Source: an uncultured Gemmatimonadaceae bacterium (GTDB taxonomy: Bacteria > Gemmatimonadota > Gemmatimonadetes > Gemmatimonadales > Gemmatimonadaceae). Taken from it: a stretch of 64,000 bases of DNA. Position 1 is the stretch's first letter. Each line of letters starts with the position of its first letter. The position numbers and the translations under genes were made by a program. Below, one piece after another: positions 21,046 through 34,570 of this stretch. The stretch is taken from assembly GCA_963843845.1 (NCBI GenBank), contig CAWJMB010000002.1, positions 1,856,001 through 1,920,000 on the forward strand, read 5' to 3'. The notes below the pieces were generated by a model. That model saw only the letters and a program-made list of their open reading frames with translations. It did no database searches and was not told the DNA's origin.

Positions 21046-22275
21046 GTGAGCGCGATCCGCTGGCGAACCCTCGCCGCCGCGGCGCTGCTGGTCGGCGCAG
21101 CGCCGCTCGGCGCGCAGGGCACATCGCCGCTCGCGCGCGAGCGCGACATCCGTGGGTCGGTCCGCGTGAGTCGCGCGACTGGCGAGCAGCCGGTCGTCGG
21201 CACTTGGGTGACGCTTCACCGCGTCGCGGACGACAGCTCGGGTCCGCTCGATTCCGTTCGGTCGGATGGGCGCGGCACCTACGCGTTCCGTTTCCGGCCG
21301 TTCGGCGCTGCGGATGCCATCTACTTCGCGTCGGTTCGCTACGGCGACGTCGCGTACTTCACACCGCCGCTGAGCGAGGGCACCGGTGCGGACGCGGGCC
21401 GAATCGACGTGTTCGACACGACGACGCGCGCGGTTCCGATGTCGCTCCGCGGCCGGCATGTCATCGTCGCCGAGCCGGACGCCCGTGGCATGCGGCAGAT
21501 CGTCGAGGTCTACGAGGTCTCGAACGACTCATCGCTGACGATGATCGAGGCGACCGGCGCGACCGGCGGCACGTGGTCCGCGCCGATGCCCCGGGGCGCG
21601 GAGAAGGCGTCCGTCCGCTCGGGCGAGGTTCCGCCGGACGCGATGCAGTTCGCGCCGGGGCGTGCCGTGCTCCACATGCCGTTCGCGCCGGGCCTCAAGC
21701 AGATCGCATTCGGCTACGAGCTGCCGGCGAGTGCCTTCCCGATCGCGATCACCGCGCCCAAGCCCACCTCGGTGCTCGAGGTGCTGATCGAGGATCAGCG
21801 TGGGACGGTGAGCGGGGCGAAGGTCGTTGCCGTCGCGCCGGTGACCGCCGAGGGACGGCCGTTCCGACGCTATCTGGCGCAGGACGTTCCTGCGAATGCG
21901 GCGGTCACGATCGATGTGCCGGCGCCGGCGCCGACGTGGTCGCGGTGGATCGTCCCCGGAGTGCTCGTCGTGACGGGGCTCGGCATGCTCGGCGCGCTCC
22001 TCTGGAGCCGTCAGCGGCAGGCCGCCCGGGCGAGTCGTACCTCGCCGGACCGTGTCATGCTCGCGGAGGCGATGGGGCCAGCTGCGCTGCCGTGGCTGCC
22101 CACGGCCGAGCTCGACACCGATGCGGTCTCGATCGCCCGCGAGATCGCCGCGCTCGACGACGAGTTCGCGAACTCCGGCAGTCGCGAGACGAGTGCCGGC
22201 GAATACGAGCGTCGGCGCTCCGCGCTCAAGGCGCGCCTCGCAACGGCGATGCGCGAGGGCGCCCCCACGGGCTAG
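21046..22275 (+). CDS. Exported, membrane-anchored hypothetical protein
   Basis: Signal peptide (LGA-Q), beta-rich exported region, one TM segment near residue 300, C-terminal helical EIAALDDEF...EYERRRSALKARL. Confidence 0.7.
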   Translation: MSAIRWRTLAAAALLVGAAPLGAQGTSPLARERDIRGSVRVSRATGEQPVVGTWVTLHRVADDSSGPLDSVRSDGRGTYAFRFRPFGAADAIYFASVRYGDVAYFTPPLSEGTGADAGRIDVFDTTTRAVPMSLRGRHVIVAEPDARGMRQIVEVYEVSNDSSLTMIEATGATGGTWSAPMPRGAEKASVRSGEVPPDAMQFAPGRAVLHMPFAPGLKQIAFGYELPASAFPIAITAPKPTSVLEVLIEDQRGTVSGAKVVAVAPVTAEGRPFRRYLAQDVPANAAVTIDVPAPAPTWSRWIVPGVLVVTGLGMLGALLWSRQRQAARASRTSPDRVMLAEAMGPAALPWLPTAELDTDAVSIAREIAALDDEFANSGSRETSAGEYERRRSALKARLATAMREGAPTG

Positions 22276-22322
22276 GGCTGGCGACGGGGAGAGTCCGGAG
22301 ACCGCTCCGTTAGCTTTCGTTC

Positions 22323-23081
22323 ATGGCGCTCGTCACGACCGATGCGGTCGTTCTGCACTCGTTTCCGTACCTCGAGAGCTCGCGCATCCTGCGGCTCGCG
22401 ACGCGGGATGCGGGCGTCGTCTCCGTCCTCGCGAAGGGCGCGCGCCGCACACCCCGCCGTTTCGGGACGGCGATCGATCTGTTCGCCGAGGGCGAGGCGC
22501 AGTTTCACACGAAGCCCGGGCGTGAGCTTCACACGCTCGCCGCGTTCGACGTGGTGACCTCGCGCTCCGCGCTGAGTGACGAGCTTGGGCGGTTCGCTGC
22601 CGCTTCGGCAGTCGCGGAATTGATGCTTCGATTCGCGCGCGACGATACCCAGCCGGCGCTCTACGACGCGCTGCGCGTCACGCTCACGCGGATCGAAGCG
22701 GCGGCGGCCGCGTCGACGCGCGAGCTGGGCGTGGCAGGCGCCTGGCACCTGATCGCCGAGTTGGGCTTCGCGCCGACCCTCAGGGAGTGCAGCGAGTGCG
22801 ACGCCCACGTCCCACTCGATGTAGCAGCCGCGTTCAGCCACGCCTCGGGGGGAACCGTCTGTTCTGGCTGCGCGCGCATGGGAGGGCTTCGGCGGACCCT
22901 GCCGTCAGACGCGCGCGCCGCCATCGACCGCTGGGTCCGTGGGGAGCCGGCACCAGCCGCCGTCGACCTCAGCGCGATCCGGGCGCATCAGCGGCTCGTG
23001 CGCGAGTTCCTGCGCGAGCACCTGACCGATGGTCGTCCACTCCGCGCGTTCGAGGCGTGGGAGTCGGATCGATGGGGGTGA
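22323..23081 (+). CDS. recO: DNA repair protein RecO
   Basis: DAVVL..FPYLESSRI, VLAKGAR, zinc finger CSEC...CSGC. Confidence 0.9.
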   Translation: MALVTTDAVVLHSFPYLESSRILRLATRDAGVVSVLAKGARRTPRRFGTAIDLFAEGEAQFHTKPGRELHTLAAFDVVTSRSALSDELGRFAAASAVAELMLRFARDDTQPALYDALRVTLTRIEAAAAASTRELGVAGAWHLIAELGFAPTLRECSECDAHVPLDVAAAFSHASGGTVCSGCARMGGLRRTLPSDARAAIDRWVRGEPAPAAVDLSAIRAHQRLVREFLREHLTDGRPLRAFEAWESDRWG

Positions 23082-23333
23082 GCGACGTTGCGTCGTTCCG
23101 CGTCTACGCGTCGGTGAGCGACAGGGTTTCGCGACGCGCGACGCCTGCGGGCACATCGTGCATGCAGGCAGGACGCGCCAGGCACCTACGTACGCATCCC
23201 GGGGTAACAAGCTACATGAGGTCCCGCGCGTAACGGCATCCGGCGAATGGGGTTGTTCTGCATGGCCGACCCACGTGGACGGAATCGACGAAGCGAGTTA
23301 CGCGGTCCGACCTCATCGAGCACTTGAAGCTGC

Positions 23334-23362
23334 TTGCACACCGTGCACTCGATCGTTAGGTT
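23334..23362 (+). promoter_or_regulatory. sigma70-type promoter for the 23442 gene
   Basis: TTGCAC-17 nt-TAGGTT. Confidence 0.5.
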
Positions 23363-23441
23363 GCGAGCGCGTGTAGTGTAATCCTTCCACCCTAACATGG
23401 AGTCTGTCTCAGGCACCTAGTCTGTCAGATTTGGGAACACC

Positions 23442-23894
23442 ATGAAGCTCCGTTGGGCAGCACTCCCAGTAGTGCTCGCGCTCAGCGCGCTCATGCCGCG
23501 CGGTGCTCACGCGCAGTCCGGTTCACAGCCGCCTGTGCAACGCCGCACCGGGTCCGTCGGGCAGAACTACCCGAACCCGTTCAACCCCGACACCCGTTTC
23601 CAGTTCACGGTCGGCGATCCGACGAGCTGTTCAGGCGAGCGACACCGCGTCACGATCCGCATCTTCAACCTGCTCGGGCAGGTAGTTGCCGTGCCGCAAG
23701 TCGAAGGTGGGGCCTCTTCGGTTCCGGGAGGTGCACCGATCGAGAACATCGAGCTTCCCTGCGGACCGTACGTCGCGTACTGGAATGGCAAGTACCTGAA
23801 TACAGGTCGAGATGCCGCGTCGAGCGTGTATCTCGGGCGAGTGGAGGTCGATGGTCGCGTCGTAGGTACGATCAGGATGTACCTCGGGAAGTAG
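23442..23894 (+). CDS. Small secreted protein consisting of a T9SS C-terminal sorting / FlgD-Ig-like domain
   Basis: Signal peptide (AHA-Q), then [31 protein letters not shown]. Confidence 0.75.
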   Translation: MKLRWAALPVVLALSALMPRGAHAQSGSQPPVQRRTGSVGQNYPNPFNPDTRFQFTVGDPTSCSGERHRVTIRIFNLLGQVVAVPQVEGGASSVPGGAPIENIELPCGPYVAYWNGKYLNTGRDAASSVYLGRVEVDGRVVGTIRMYLGK

Positions 23895-23918
23895 TCGGCC
23901 AACGCCTGCGAGCACGTC

Positions 23919-23952
23919 AACCGCCGACCGGATTCGTCCGGCCGGCGGTTTC
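23919..23952 (+). terminator. Intrinsic terminator-like hairpin
   Basis: aaccgccgaccgga-TTCG-tccggccggcggtt followed by t. Confidence 0.6.
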
Positions 23953-23991
23953 GCATTCCTCCCTCCAGACTGCCAATCTGACGGCGGAGCG

Positions 23992-24007
23992 AGGCACCGC
24001 GGTTGCG
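23992..24007 (+). promoter_or_regulatory. Putative sigma54 (-24/-12) promoter of clpB
   Basis: aGGCACcgcggTTGCg with exact GG-N10-GC spacing. Confidence 0.55.
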
Positions 24008-24087
24008 TTTTCCCACAGCGCGCGCCGTGGCCGCTCCGGCGCGCCCACGCCATCTACACGACCGTTCCCTCACTCGACGACATAGAC

Positions 24088-26673
<2,586 letters not shown>

Positions 26674-26703
<30 letters not shown>

Positions 26704-27383
26704 CTCTGCCGTCTCCCGCGTCGGAATCGCGAGCGGATCGGCAGCGGTTCGTGCGTCGCTCAGCAGGCGTGTCACGAACCGCTGCCCTTCCGAGACGCGC
26801 TCCATCTCGATCGCGATCGTGTCGACCGCGGTCTCGAGGCGTGCGAGGCGCGCATCCGACTCCGACGAGGTGACGCTGGGGGTTCGGCTGCTGCGTCGCC
26901 AGATCAGACGTGCCCACGCCACGGCGAGTGGCATCATGACGACGAGCATGAACAGCCCGCCGAGCGCCCCCTTGGCATCGGCGCTCAGGCCACCCGGGCG
27001 ACGTGGTGCCTCCTGAGCCGCCGCGAACAGCTCTGGCGGAGCGGCACCGATCTGCGCCTCGGTCGTCGAGATATCACGCTCGATGCGCAGGATCCGCTCG
27101 TCGATCACGCGGATGCGCGCCTCGAGGCCGGCCTGATCGGCGCCGCCGGCGGTGCCCTGGCGAAGGCGTTGCGCGATCGCGAGGCGGTCTTCGCGCGCCG
27201 ATTCGAGTTGGCGCCGCAACTCGGTCGCCCGCGCGCGGAGGCCGCGAATCTGGGCGGCGCTCGTCGGCGCGCCGACGACCACGCGCGCGCCGCCGTCGGC
27301 TCCGACGGTCGCTGGCGCGAGGACGGGCGAGGGGGGGGCGGTGGCTGCGGCGGCGCGACGTCGGCTGGCTGCGTGCTAGTCAT
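26674..27383 (-). CDS. Coiled-coil / single-TM hypothetical membrane protein (frameshift near the G-run at 27331-27340)
   Basis: ATG 27383 gives [17 protein letters not shown], then ORF 26674..27282: coiled coil, [18 protein letters not shown]-terminal [25 protein letters not shown]. Confidence 0.75.
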
Positions 27384-27392
27384 ACGGAACTC

Positions 27393-27417
27393 TACGGGCG
27401 CGAGAGATCGCGGTTTC
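27393..27417 (-). promoter_or_regulatory. ECF (sigmaW-like) promoter
   Basis: Minus strand cGAAAC-16 nt-CGTA, 9 nt before the ATG at 27383. Confidence 0.5.
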
Positions 27418-27450
27418 GGTTGGACGTGTGACTCCGCAACATTAGAGCTA

Positions 27451-27942
27451 ATGCTGCCACCGGATTTCGACGACGCCGCCGCGATGCGCGAGGCGCTCCA
27501 CCTGGCCGGCGAGGCTGGGCTCGGCGGTGATGTTCCCGTCGGGGCGGTCATCGTTCGGGACGGGCGGATCGTCGGAGCGGCAGGGAATCGTACCATCCGG
27601 GACACCGACCCGACGGGACACGCGGAGGTGCTCGCGATCCGCGCCGCGGCGCAGGCGCTCGGTCGGTGGCGCCTCGACGACTGCACGCTGTTCGTCACGC
27701 TGGAGCCGTGCGCGATGTGCGCTGGGGCGATCGTGCTCGCGCGCCTTCGGCGGGTCGTGTTCGGCGCGTGGGACGACAAGGCCGGAATGGCCGGCTCGGT
27801 CGGCGACGTGCTCCGTCACCCGCGGCTCAACCACCGCCCGGAGGTTCGCGGCGGCGTGCTCGCAGACGACGTGCGGCGAGGTGCTGCGGGCATTCTTCGC
27901 GGATCGGCGCGTGCCGGCGACGAACCCGTTAGGCCGCGTTGA
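27451..27942 (+). CDS. tadA: tRNA adenosine(34) deaminase (3' end probably frameshifted near 27870)
   Basis: DVPVGAV, DPTGHAE, TLEPCAMCAGA, RLNHR; C-terminal CGEVLRAFF lies in another frame. Confidence 0.88.
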   Translation: MLPPDFDDAAAMREALHLAGEAGLGGDVPVGAVIVRDGRIVGAAGNRTIRDTDPTGHAEVLAIRAAAQALGRWRLDDCTLFVTLEPCAMCAGAIVLARLRRVVFGAWDDKAGMAGSVGDVLRHPRLNHRPEVRGGVLADDVRRGAAGILRGSARAGDEPVRPR

Positions 27943-27967
27943 CGCTTTTTCCGAGCCCGGCTACTTT
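27939..27967 (+). promoter_or_regulatory. sigma70 promoter of the tRNA-Ser pair
   Basis: TTGACG-17 nt-TACTTT, 14 nt before the tRNA. Confidence 0.65.
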
Positions 27968-27981
27968 GCACGGCTGTTCCC

Positions 27982-28068
27982 GGACAGGTGGCCGAGTGGT
28001 TGAAGGCACCGGTCTCGAAAACCGGCATACCGGCAACGGTATCGAGAGTTCGAATCTCTCCCTGTCCG
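27982..28068 (+). tRNA. tRNA-Ser(CGA)
   Basis: Acceptor GGACAGG/CCTGTCC plus discriminator G; anticodon arm ccggt-ctCGAaa-accgg; long variable arm; GTTCGAATC; CCA not encoded. Confidence 0.95.
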
Positions 28069-28127
28069 TCCGGGTGGGCGCTTGAGCAATCAGGCTCCCA
28101 CCCGTCGTCGTACTGGCATTGCTCGTG

Positions 28128-28215
28128 GGACAGGTGGCCGAGTGGTCGAAGGCGCACCGCTGGAAACGGTGTAGGCGTCAAAAGCGTCTCGAGGGTTCGA
28201 ATCCCTCCCTGTCCG
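28128..28215 (+). tRNA. tRNA-Ser(GGA)
   Basis: Acceptor GGACAGG/CCTGTCC plus G; caccg-ctGGAaa-cggtg; long variable arm; GTTCGAATC; CCA not encoded. Confidence 0.95.
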
Positions 28216-28263
28216 TCCGCGCCCGTCCGTTCAGGGTGCGGCCCGCGGTTATATTCGCCGCAC

Positions 28264-29813
<1,550 letters not shown>

Positions 29814-29817
<4 letters not shown>

Positions 29818-31111
29818 CGCGCCCGGTCGTGCTCGCCGGCGGGCGTGTGCTCGATCCGTCGCAGGAGCTCGACGTCGCCGTCGGCGACGTGCTCGCTCGT
29901 GGACGGCCGCATCGAGCACGCGGGCGACCGCGTCGCACGGCCGGACGACGCGGAGGTGATCGACTGCGCCGGGCTCGTCGTCTCGCCGGGCTTCATCGAC
30001 GTGCACTGCCACCTGCGCGAGCCAGGCCGCGAGGACGTCGAGACGATCGCGACGGGCGCGCGCGCCGCGGCGGCAGGCGGGTTCACCGCGGTGTGCGCGA
30101 TGCCCAACACCGATCCGGTCACCGACAATCAGGCCGCGGTCGGGTTCATCATCCGGCAGGCGCAGCGCGCCGACGGCGGCGCGCGTCTACCCGATCGGCG
30201 CGATCACGGTCGGGCAGAAGGGCGAGACGCTCGCCGAGTTCGGCGAGATGGTCGCCGCCGGCGCCGTCGCCGTGAGCGACGACGGCAAGCCGGTCGTCAG
30301 CGCGCAGATCATGCGCATCGGCGCTCGAGTACGCGCGCACGTTCGGCATCCCGGTCGCCGACCACTGCGAGGAGCCGACGCTCGCGCATGGTGGCGCGAT
30401 GAACGAGGGCATCGTCGTCGACGCGGCTCGGCCTGCGCGGCATTCCCGAGCGAGGCCGAGGAGATCATGGCGATCCGCGACATCCTGCTCGCGCGGCGCA
30501 CGGGCGGGCACGTGCACCTCTGCCACATGAGCACGCGCGGCTCGGTCGAGCTGATCCGCTGGGGGAAGGAGCGCGGCATCAACGTCACCGCCGAGGTGTG
30601 CCCGCACCATCTCTCGCTCACCGAGGCTGAGGTGGAGGGGTACAACACGAACGCGAAGATGAACCCGCCGCTGCGCACGGCGGACGACGTCGACGCGCTG
30701 CAGGAGGCGGTGAAGGACGGCACGATCGACGTCGTCGCGACCGATCACGCGCCGCATCACTACGACGAGAAGGAGCGCGAGTTCGCCGACGCGCCGAACG
30801 GCATCGTCGGCCTCGAGACGGCGCTCGCGGTGCTCGTGACGTGGCTCGTCGAAGCCGGGCATCATCGACTACGCCACGCTCGTCGAGAAGATGGCGTGCG
30901 CGCCGGCGCGGCTGTTTCATTTGCCGGGTGGAACGCTGCGACGCGGGTCGGCCGGGCGACGTCACGGTGTTCGACCCGGACGCGGGCGTGGGTCGTCGAC
31001 GCCGACGCAGTTCCGAACGAAGGGGCGCAACACCCCGTACGCCGGCCACACGTTGCACGGCAAGACGACGTGTACCGTCGTCGGCGGACGTGTCGCATAT
31101 CGCGAAGGTGA
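29814..31111 (+). CDS. pyrC: Dihydroorotase (frameshifts)
   Basis: [48 protein letters not shown]. Confidence 0.92.
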
Positions 31112-31136
31112 GCGACCATTCGGCCGTGAGACTGTC

Positions 31137-32052
31137 ATGACGCAGCCAGCAGCACAGACCCCGGCGGACGCGATCCGCGGGCTGATCGAGGAGCGCGAAT
31201 CGATACCAGACCTGGCTCGACGCGATCGACGCGCGGCGCGACGCGACGCCGCCGCACGTCTTCGAGCGCGTGCACACGGACTACGCCGGCGCGCCTCAGC
31301 GGCGCGCAGTCGCGGCTCGCCGAGCATGCCGGACCACTGCGCGCGACCGAGGCGGCGCTCGCGCGTCGGCAGGACGACGTCGGTGCGGCGGCTGGCCGAC
31401 GGCCAGGACGAGCTCGCGGAGCTGGAGCTGCGGACGCTGGTCGGCGAGTTCGCGCCCGACGACGGCGAGCGGCGCGTGCAGCAGGCGGCAGCCGGCGTGC
31501 GCGAGCTCGATGGCGACCGTCGAGCCGTGACGGCGGAGCTGGACGAGCACGCTTGCTTCTCGAACAGATCGGTCCGGTCGCGCCGGGCGCACCGTCATCC
31601 CTGGCGGCAGGCGCGGCGCGCGGCGGCACCGGCGGCAGGCACGGCGGCAGGCACGGCTGCAGGCACGGCGGCATCGACGTCCACGGAATCGTCGAGCGCC
31701 GCCGCGCCGGCGGCTGGTACGGAGACCGCGCCGGATCGGGCGGCGGTGTCGACCACCGCAACGAGCGAGGCCGCTGCGCCACCGGCGCCGACGCCGACGG
31801 CACCGAACGACGCGCCCTCGGCTTCGGCGCCGTCGCTCGTGCCATCGTCCGCGGCCGACGAGGTCTTCGTCGGTACGGGCAGCGCGACTCGACTCGCTGG
31901 CCGCGTCGCTCGGCGGCTCGGCGACGACGCCGCAGGCGGCGCCGGCCGCGAGCGGGCAGGAGCGGACGCTACGCTGCCAGGACTGCGGCGAGATGAACTA
32001 CCCGACCGAGTGGTACTGCGAGCGGTGCGGGGGCGAGCTGGCGGCGATGTGA
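31137..32052 (+). CDS. Hypothetical protein: helical N-terminus, Ala/Pro/Thr linker, C-terminal zinc ribbon (frameshifts)
   Basis: [14 protein letters not shown]; the last frame reads [28 protein letters not shown]. Confidence 0.7.
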
Positions 32053-32090
32053 CGCCGGCACGCTTCGCCGGCCGGTGCGTAACGGATGGA

Positions 32091-32133
32091 ACGAGAACGG
32101 GGCGACTTCACGATGAAGTCGCCGCCGTTTCGT
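32091..32133. terminator. Hairpin between convergent genes (probably bidirectional terminator)
   Basis: acgagaacggggcgacttca-cga-tgaagtcgccgccgtttcgt. Confidence 0.65.
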
Positions 32134-32150
32134 GTCCTGCCCGACGACGG

Positions 32151-32400
32151 TTACGCCGGCGCCGGCCGCCGCCTTGCGGGCGAGCTGACGCTTGTGGCGC
32201 GCCGCCTTGTTCTTGTGGATCAGCCCCTTGCGCGCGGCGCGGTCGAGCAGGCTCACGGCGTTCACGACGTCGCCGTCGGGCGCGGCGTCGGCGCGGGCCT
32301 TCTTGAGCGCGGTGCGCAGCGCCGAGCGCTGCGCGCGATTGCGCACCGCCGCGGCGCGCGACTTCCGCATGTTCTTCTTGGCGGAGGCGATGTTCGGCAC
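32151..32400 (-). CDS. rpsT: 30S ribosomal protein S20 (probable indel near the 3' end)
   Basis: (M)[13 protein letters not shown]...[11 protein letters not shown]...[19 protein letters not shown]. Confidence 0.93.
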
Positions 32401-32457
32401 TGACAGGTTTCTCTGGAGGGAATCGCGCCGCGCAGTCGCACGTCGCGCGAGCCCGAA

Positions 32458-32486
32458 AGTGTACCCGCCACGGGCGCGCATGTCAA
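32458..32486 (-). promoter_or_regulatory. sigma70 promoter of rpsT
   Basis: Minus strand TTGACA-17 nt-TACACT. Confidence 0.75.
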
Positions 32487-32615
32487 GCAGTGACAGCGAG
32501 TTGGGCGCCTCGACGGCTTGACCCCTCGCAGGCGGGTGGGGTTAGCTTTCCCCGCTCGCTGCCCGGCATGCCGCGCTCCGTCGCCGCGGCCGGCAGCTCC
32601 CTCTCCGATTCTCTC

Positions 32616-33295
32616 GTGGACTTCACGGAACTCCTGCTCGTCGCGCCGGTCCTGCTGTTGTCGATGGTCGCGCACGAGTACGCGCACGGCTACGCGGCGT
32701 TCCGGCAGGGCGACCCGACGGCGTACCAGCTCGGCCGGCTCACCTGGAATCCGGTCGAAGCACATCGATCCGTTCATGACGATCGTCCTCCCGCTCATGC
32801 TGGCGTATCTGCACCAGCCGATTCTTGGGCGGGGCGAAGCCGGTCCCGGTGAACCCGCGCAATTACCGGGACTACAAGCGCGGGGACATCATCGTGTCGC
32901 TCGCCGGCATCGTCACGAATCTCGCGCTGGCGGTGCTCTTCGCCATCCTCGTCGTGCCGCTCGGTCTGCTGGGTCGCGCGTTTCCAGGAGCCGAACGCTC
33001 GTTCGGGATCCTGCAGGCGATGATGGTGCAGGGGATCGGGATCAACCTCGTGCTCGCGTTCTTCAACCTGCTGCCGATTCCGCCGCTCGACGGCTCGCAC
33101 GTCATGAAGTACCTCCTGCCCCCGGCGTGGGGGCTGCGCTATGCGCAGCTCGGCCGGTACGGGCTCCTGATCGTCTTTCTCATGCTGTCGTTCGGGGGAC
33201 GGCTGCTGTCGGCGTGGCTGCTGCCGGCGGGGGTGCTGTACGGCGTCGCGCGCGGCGCGCTGCAGCCGTATTTCCTCCCGCTGCCGAATCTGTGA
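32616..33295 (+). CDS. Site-2 protease (peptidase M50), frameshifts
   Basis: HEYAH, GDPTA..GRLTWNP, AKPVPVNP, FNLLPIPPLDG. Confidence 0.88.
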
Positions 33296-34047
33296 CACTT
33301 CCGCTCGGCGGACTCGACGACGGGGATGCGGGGATCGGAACGTTCGTCGTCGAGCTGGCGCAGTTCTCGGGGCCGCTCGATCTGCTGCTGTCGCTGATTC
33401 GCGACGAGCAGATCGACATCTACGACATTCCGATCGCCAGGGTCGCAGAGCAGTTCCTCGCGTCGGTGCGAACGCTCGCGCTCGACGAGGCGGCGGACTA
33501 TCTCGAGATGGCGGCTCGTCTGCTCCGCATCAAGGCTCAATTGCTCCTCCCGCGGAGCGGCGACGAGGAGACGTGGGACGATCCCCGTGGTGAGCTGGTG
33601 CGGCGCCTCCTCGAGTATCAGCAGGTGCGCGAGGTCGTCGAGCACCTCGAGCGACTGGGCGAGGAGCGGCGGCAGCGTTTCTCCCGCGCGCCGTTCACCG
33701 CGGCGCTCGTGTCGACGACGGCCGCTGCGCCGCTCGCGCTGTCGCTCGGTGAGCTGCTGTCCGCCGTCGACCGCGTGTTGCGCGCGGCGCGTCAGCCGAC
33801 GGTGCACGACGTCGTGCCGCGCGCGATCGACGTGGCGGCGGCGATCACGACCGTCCGCGCGTTGCTCGCCATCCGCGCGCGTGCGCGGTGGGGCGACGTG
33901 GTCGCGGCGAGCGCGGAACCGTGGGAGGTGCTCAGCGTGCTGCTGGCCCTCCTCGAAATGGCGAAGCTCGGCGAGCTGCGCCTTCACCAGTCCAGACCGT
34001 TCGCCACGGTGGAGATCGCGCGTGAGTCCGCTAGCCAAGCTGCTTGA
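33292..34047 (+). CDS. scpA: Segregation/condensation protein A
   Basis: FSGPLDLLLSLIR, DIYDIPI, YLEMAARLLRIK, LALLEM. Confidence 0.9.
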   Translation: MTLPLGGLDDGDAGIGTFVVELAQFSGPLDLLLSLIRDEQIDIYDIPIARVAEQFLASVRTLALDEAADYLEMAARLLRIKAQLLLPRSGDEETWDDPRGELVRRLLEYQQVREVVEHLERLGEERRQRFSRAPFTAALVSTTAAAPLALSLGELLSAVDRVLRAARQPTVHDVVPRAIDVAAAITTVRALLAIRARARWGDVVAASAEPWEVLSVLLALLEMAKLGELRLHQSRPFATVEIARESASQAA

Positions 34048-34570
34048 GGCCGCGCTGTTCGCGAGCGCACGCCCGGTGACGTACGACGAGCTGCGCGCCC
34101 TCGACGCGACGAGCGACGAGCAGTCGCTCGAGGCGGCGCTCGACGAGCTGCATGCGCACTACGATCACCCCGACGACGGACACGCGTTCGAGCTCGTTGA
34201 ACAGGGTGGCGGCTGGCAACTGCTCACGCGCCCCGAATTCGCCGAGGCCATCGAACGGGCGCAGCTCGCGCAGCGGCCGCAGCGGCTGTCGGCGGCATCG
34301 CTCGAGACGCTCGCCATCGTCGCATATCGTCAGCCGATCGGGCGCGCGGAGATCGAGGAGATTCGCGGCGTGTCGGTCGGGGGCGTGCTGAAGATGCTGC
34401 TCGAGCGGGGGCTGGTCGATGTGATCGGTCGGTCCGAGGGGCTCGGCCGGCCGCTGCTATACGGAACGACGCCGACATTCCTCGAGCAGTTCGCCCTGCG
34501 GCATCTCGAGGAGTTGCCGAGGGCGGACGAGCTGGCCATCGCACTGCGGACGGAGCCGCGACCGTTATGA
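34022..34570 (+). CDS. scpB: Segregation/condensation protein B
   Basis: LEAALFAS, LSAASLETLAIVAYRQPI, IRGV, GRPLLYGTT. Confidence 0.93.
   Translation: MSPLAKLLEAALFASARPVTYDELRALDATSDEQSLEAALDELHAHYDHPDDGHAFELVEQGGGWQLLTRPEFAEAIERAQLAQRPQRLSAASLETLAIVAYRQPIGRAEIEEIRGVSVGGVLKMLLERGLVDVIGRSEGLGRPLLYGTTPTFLEQFALRHLEELPRADELAIALRTEPRPL

Noticed and set aside
23029..23416. Short ORFs (23029..23376 +, 23186..23416 -) in the recO downstream gap
   Set aside because: No recognisable motifs or typical codon usage; the region looks regulatory or structural
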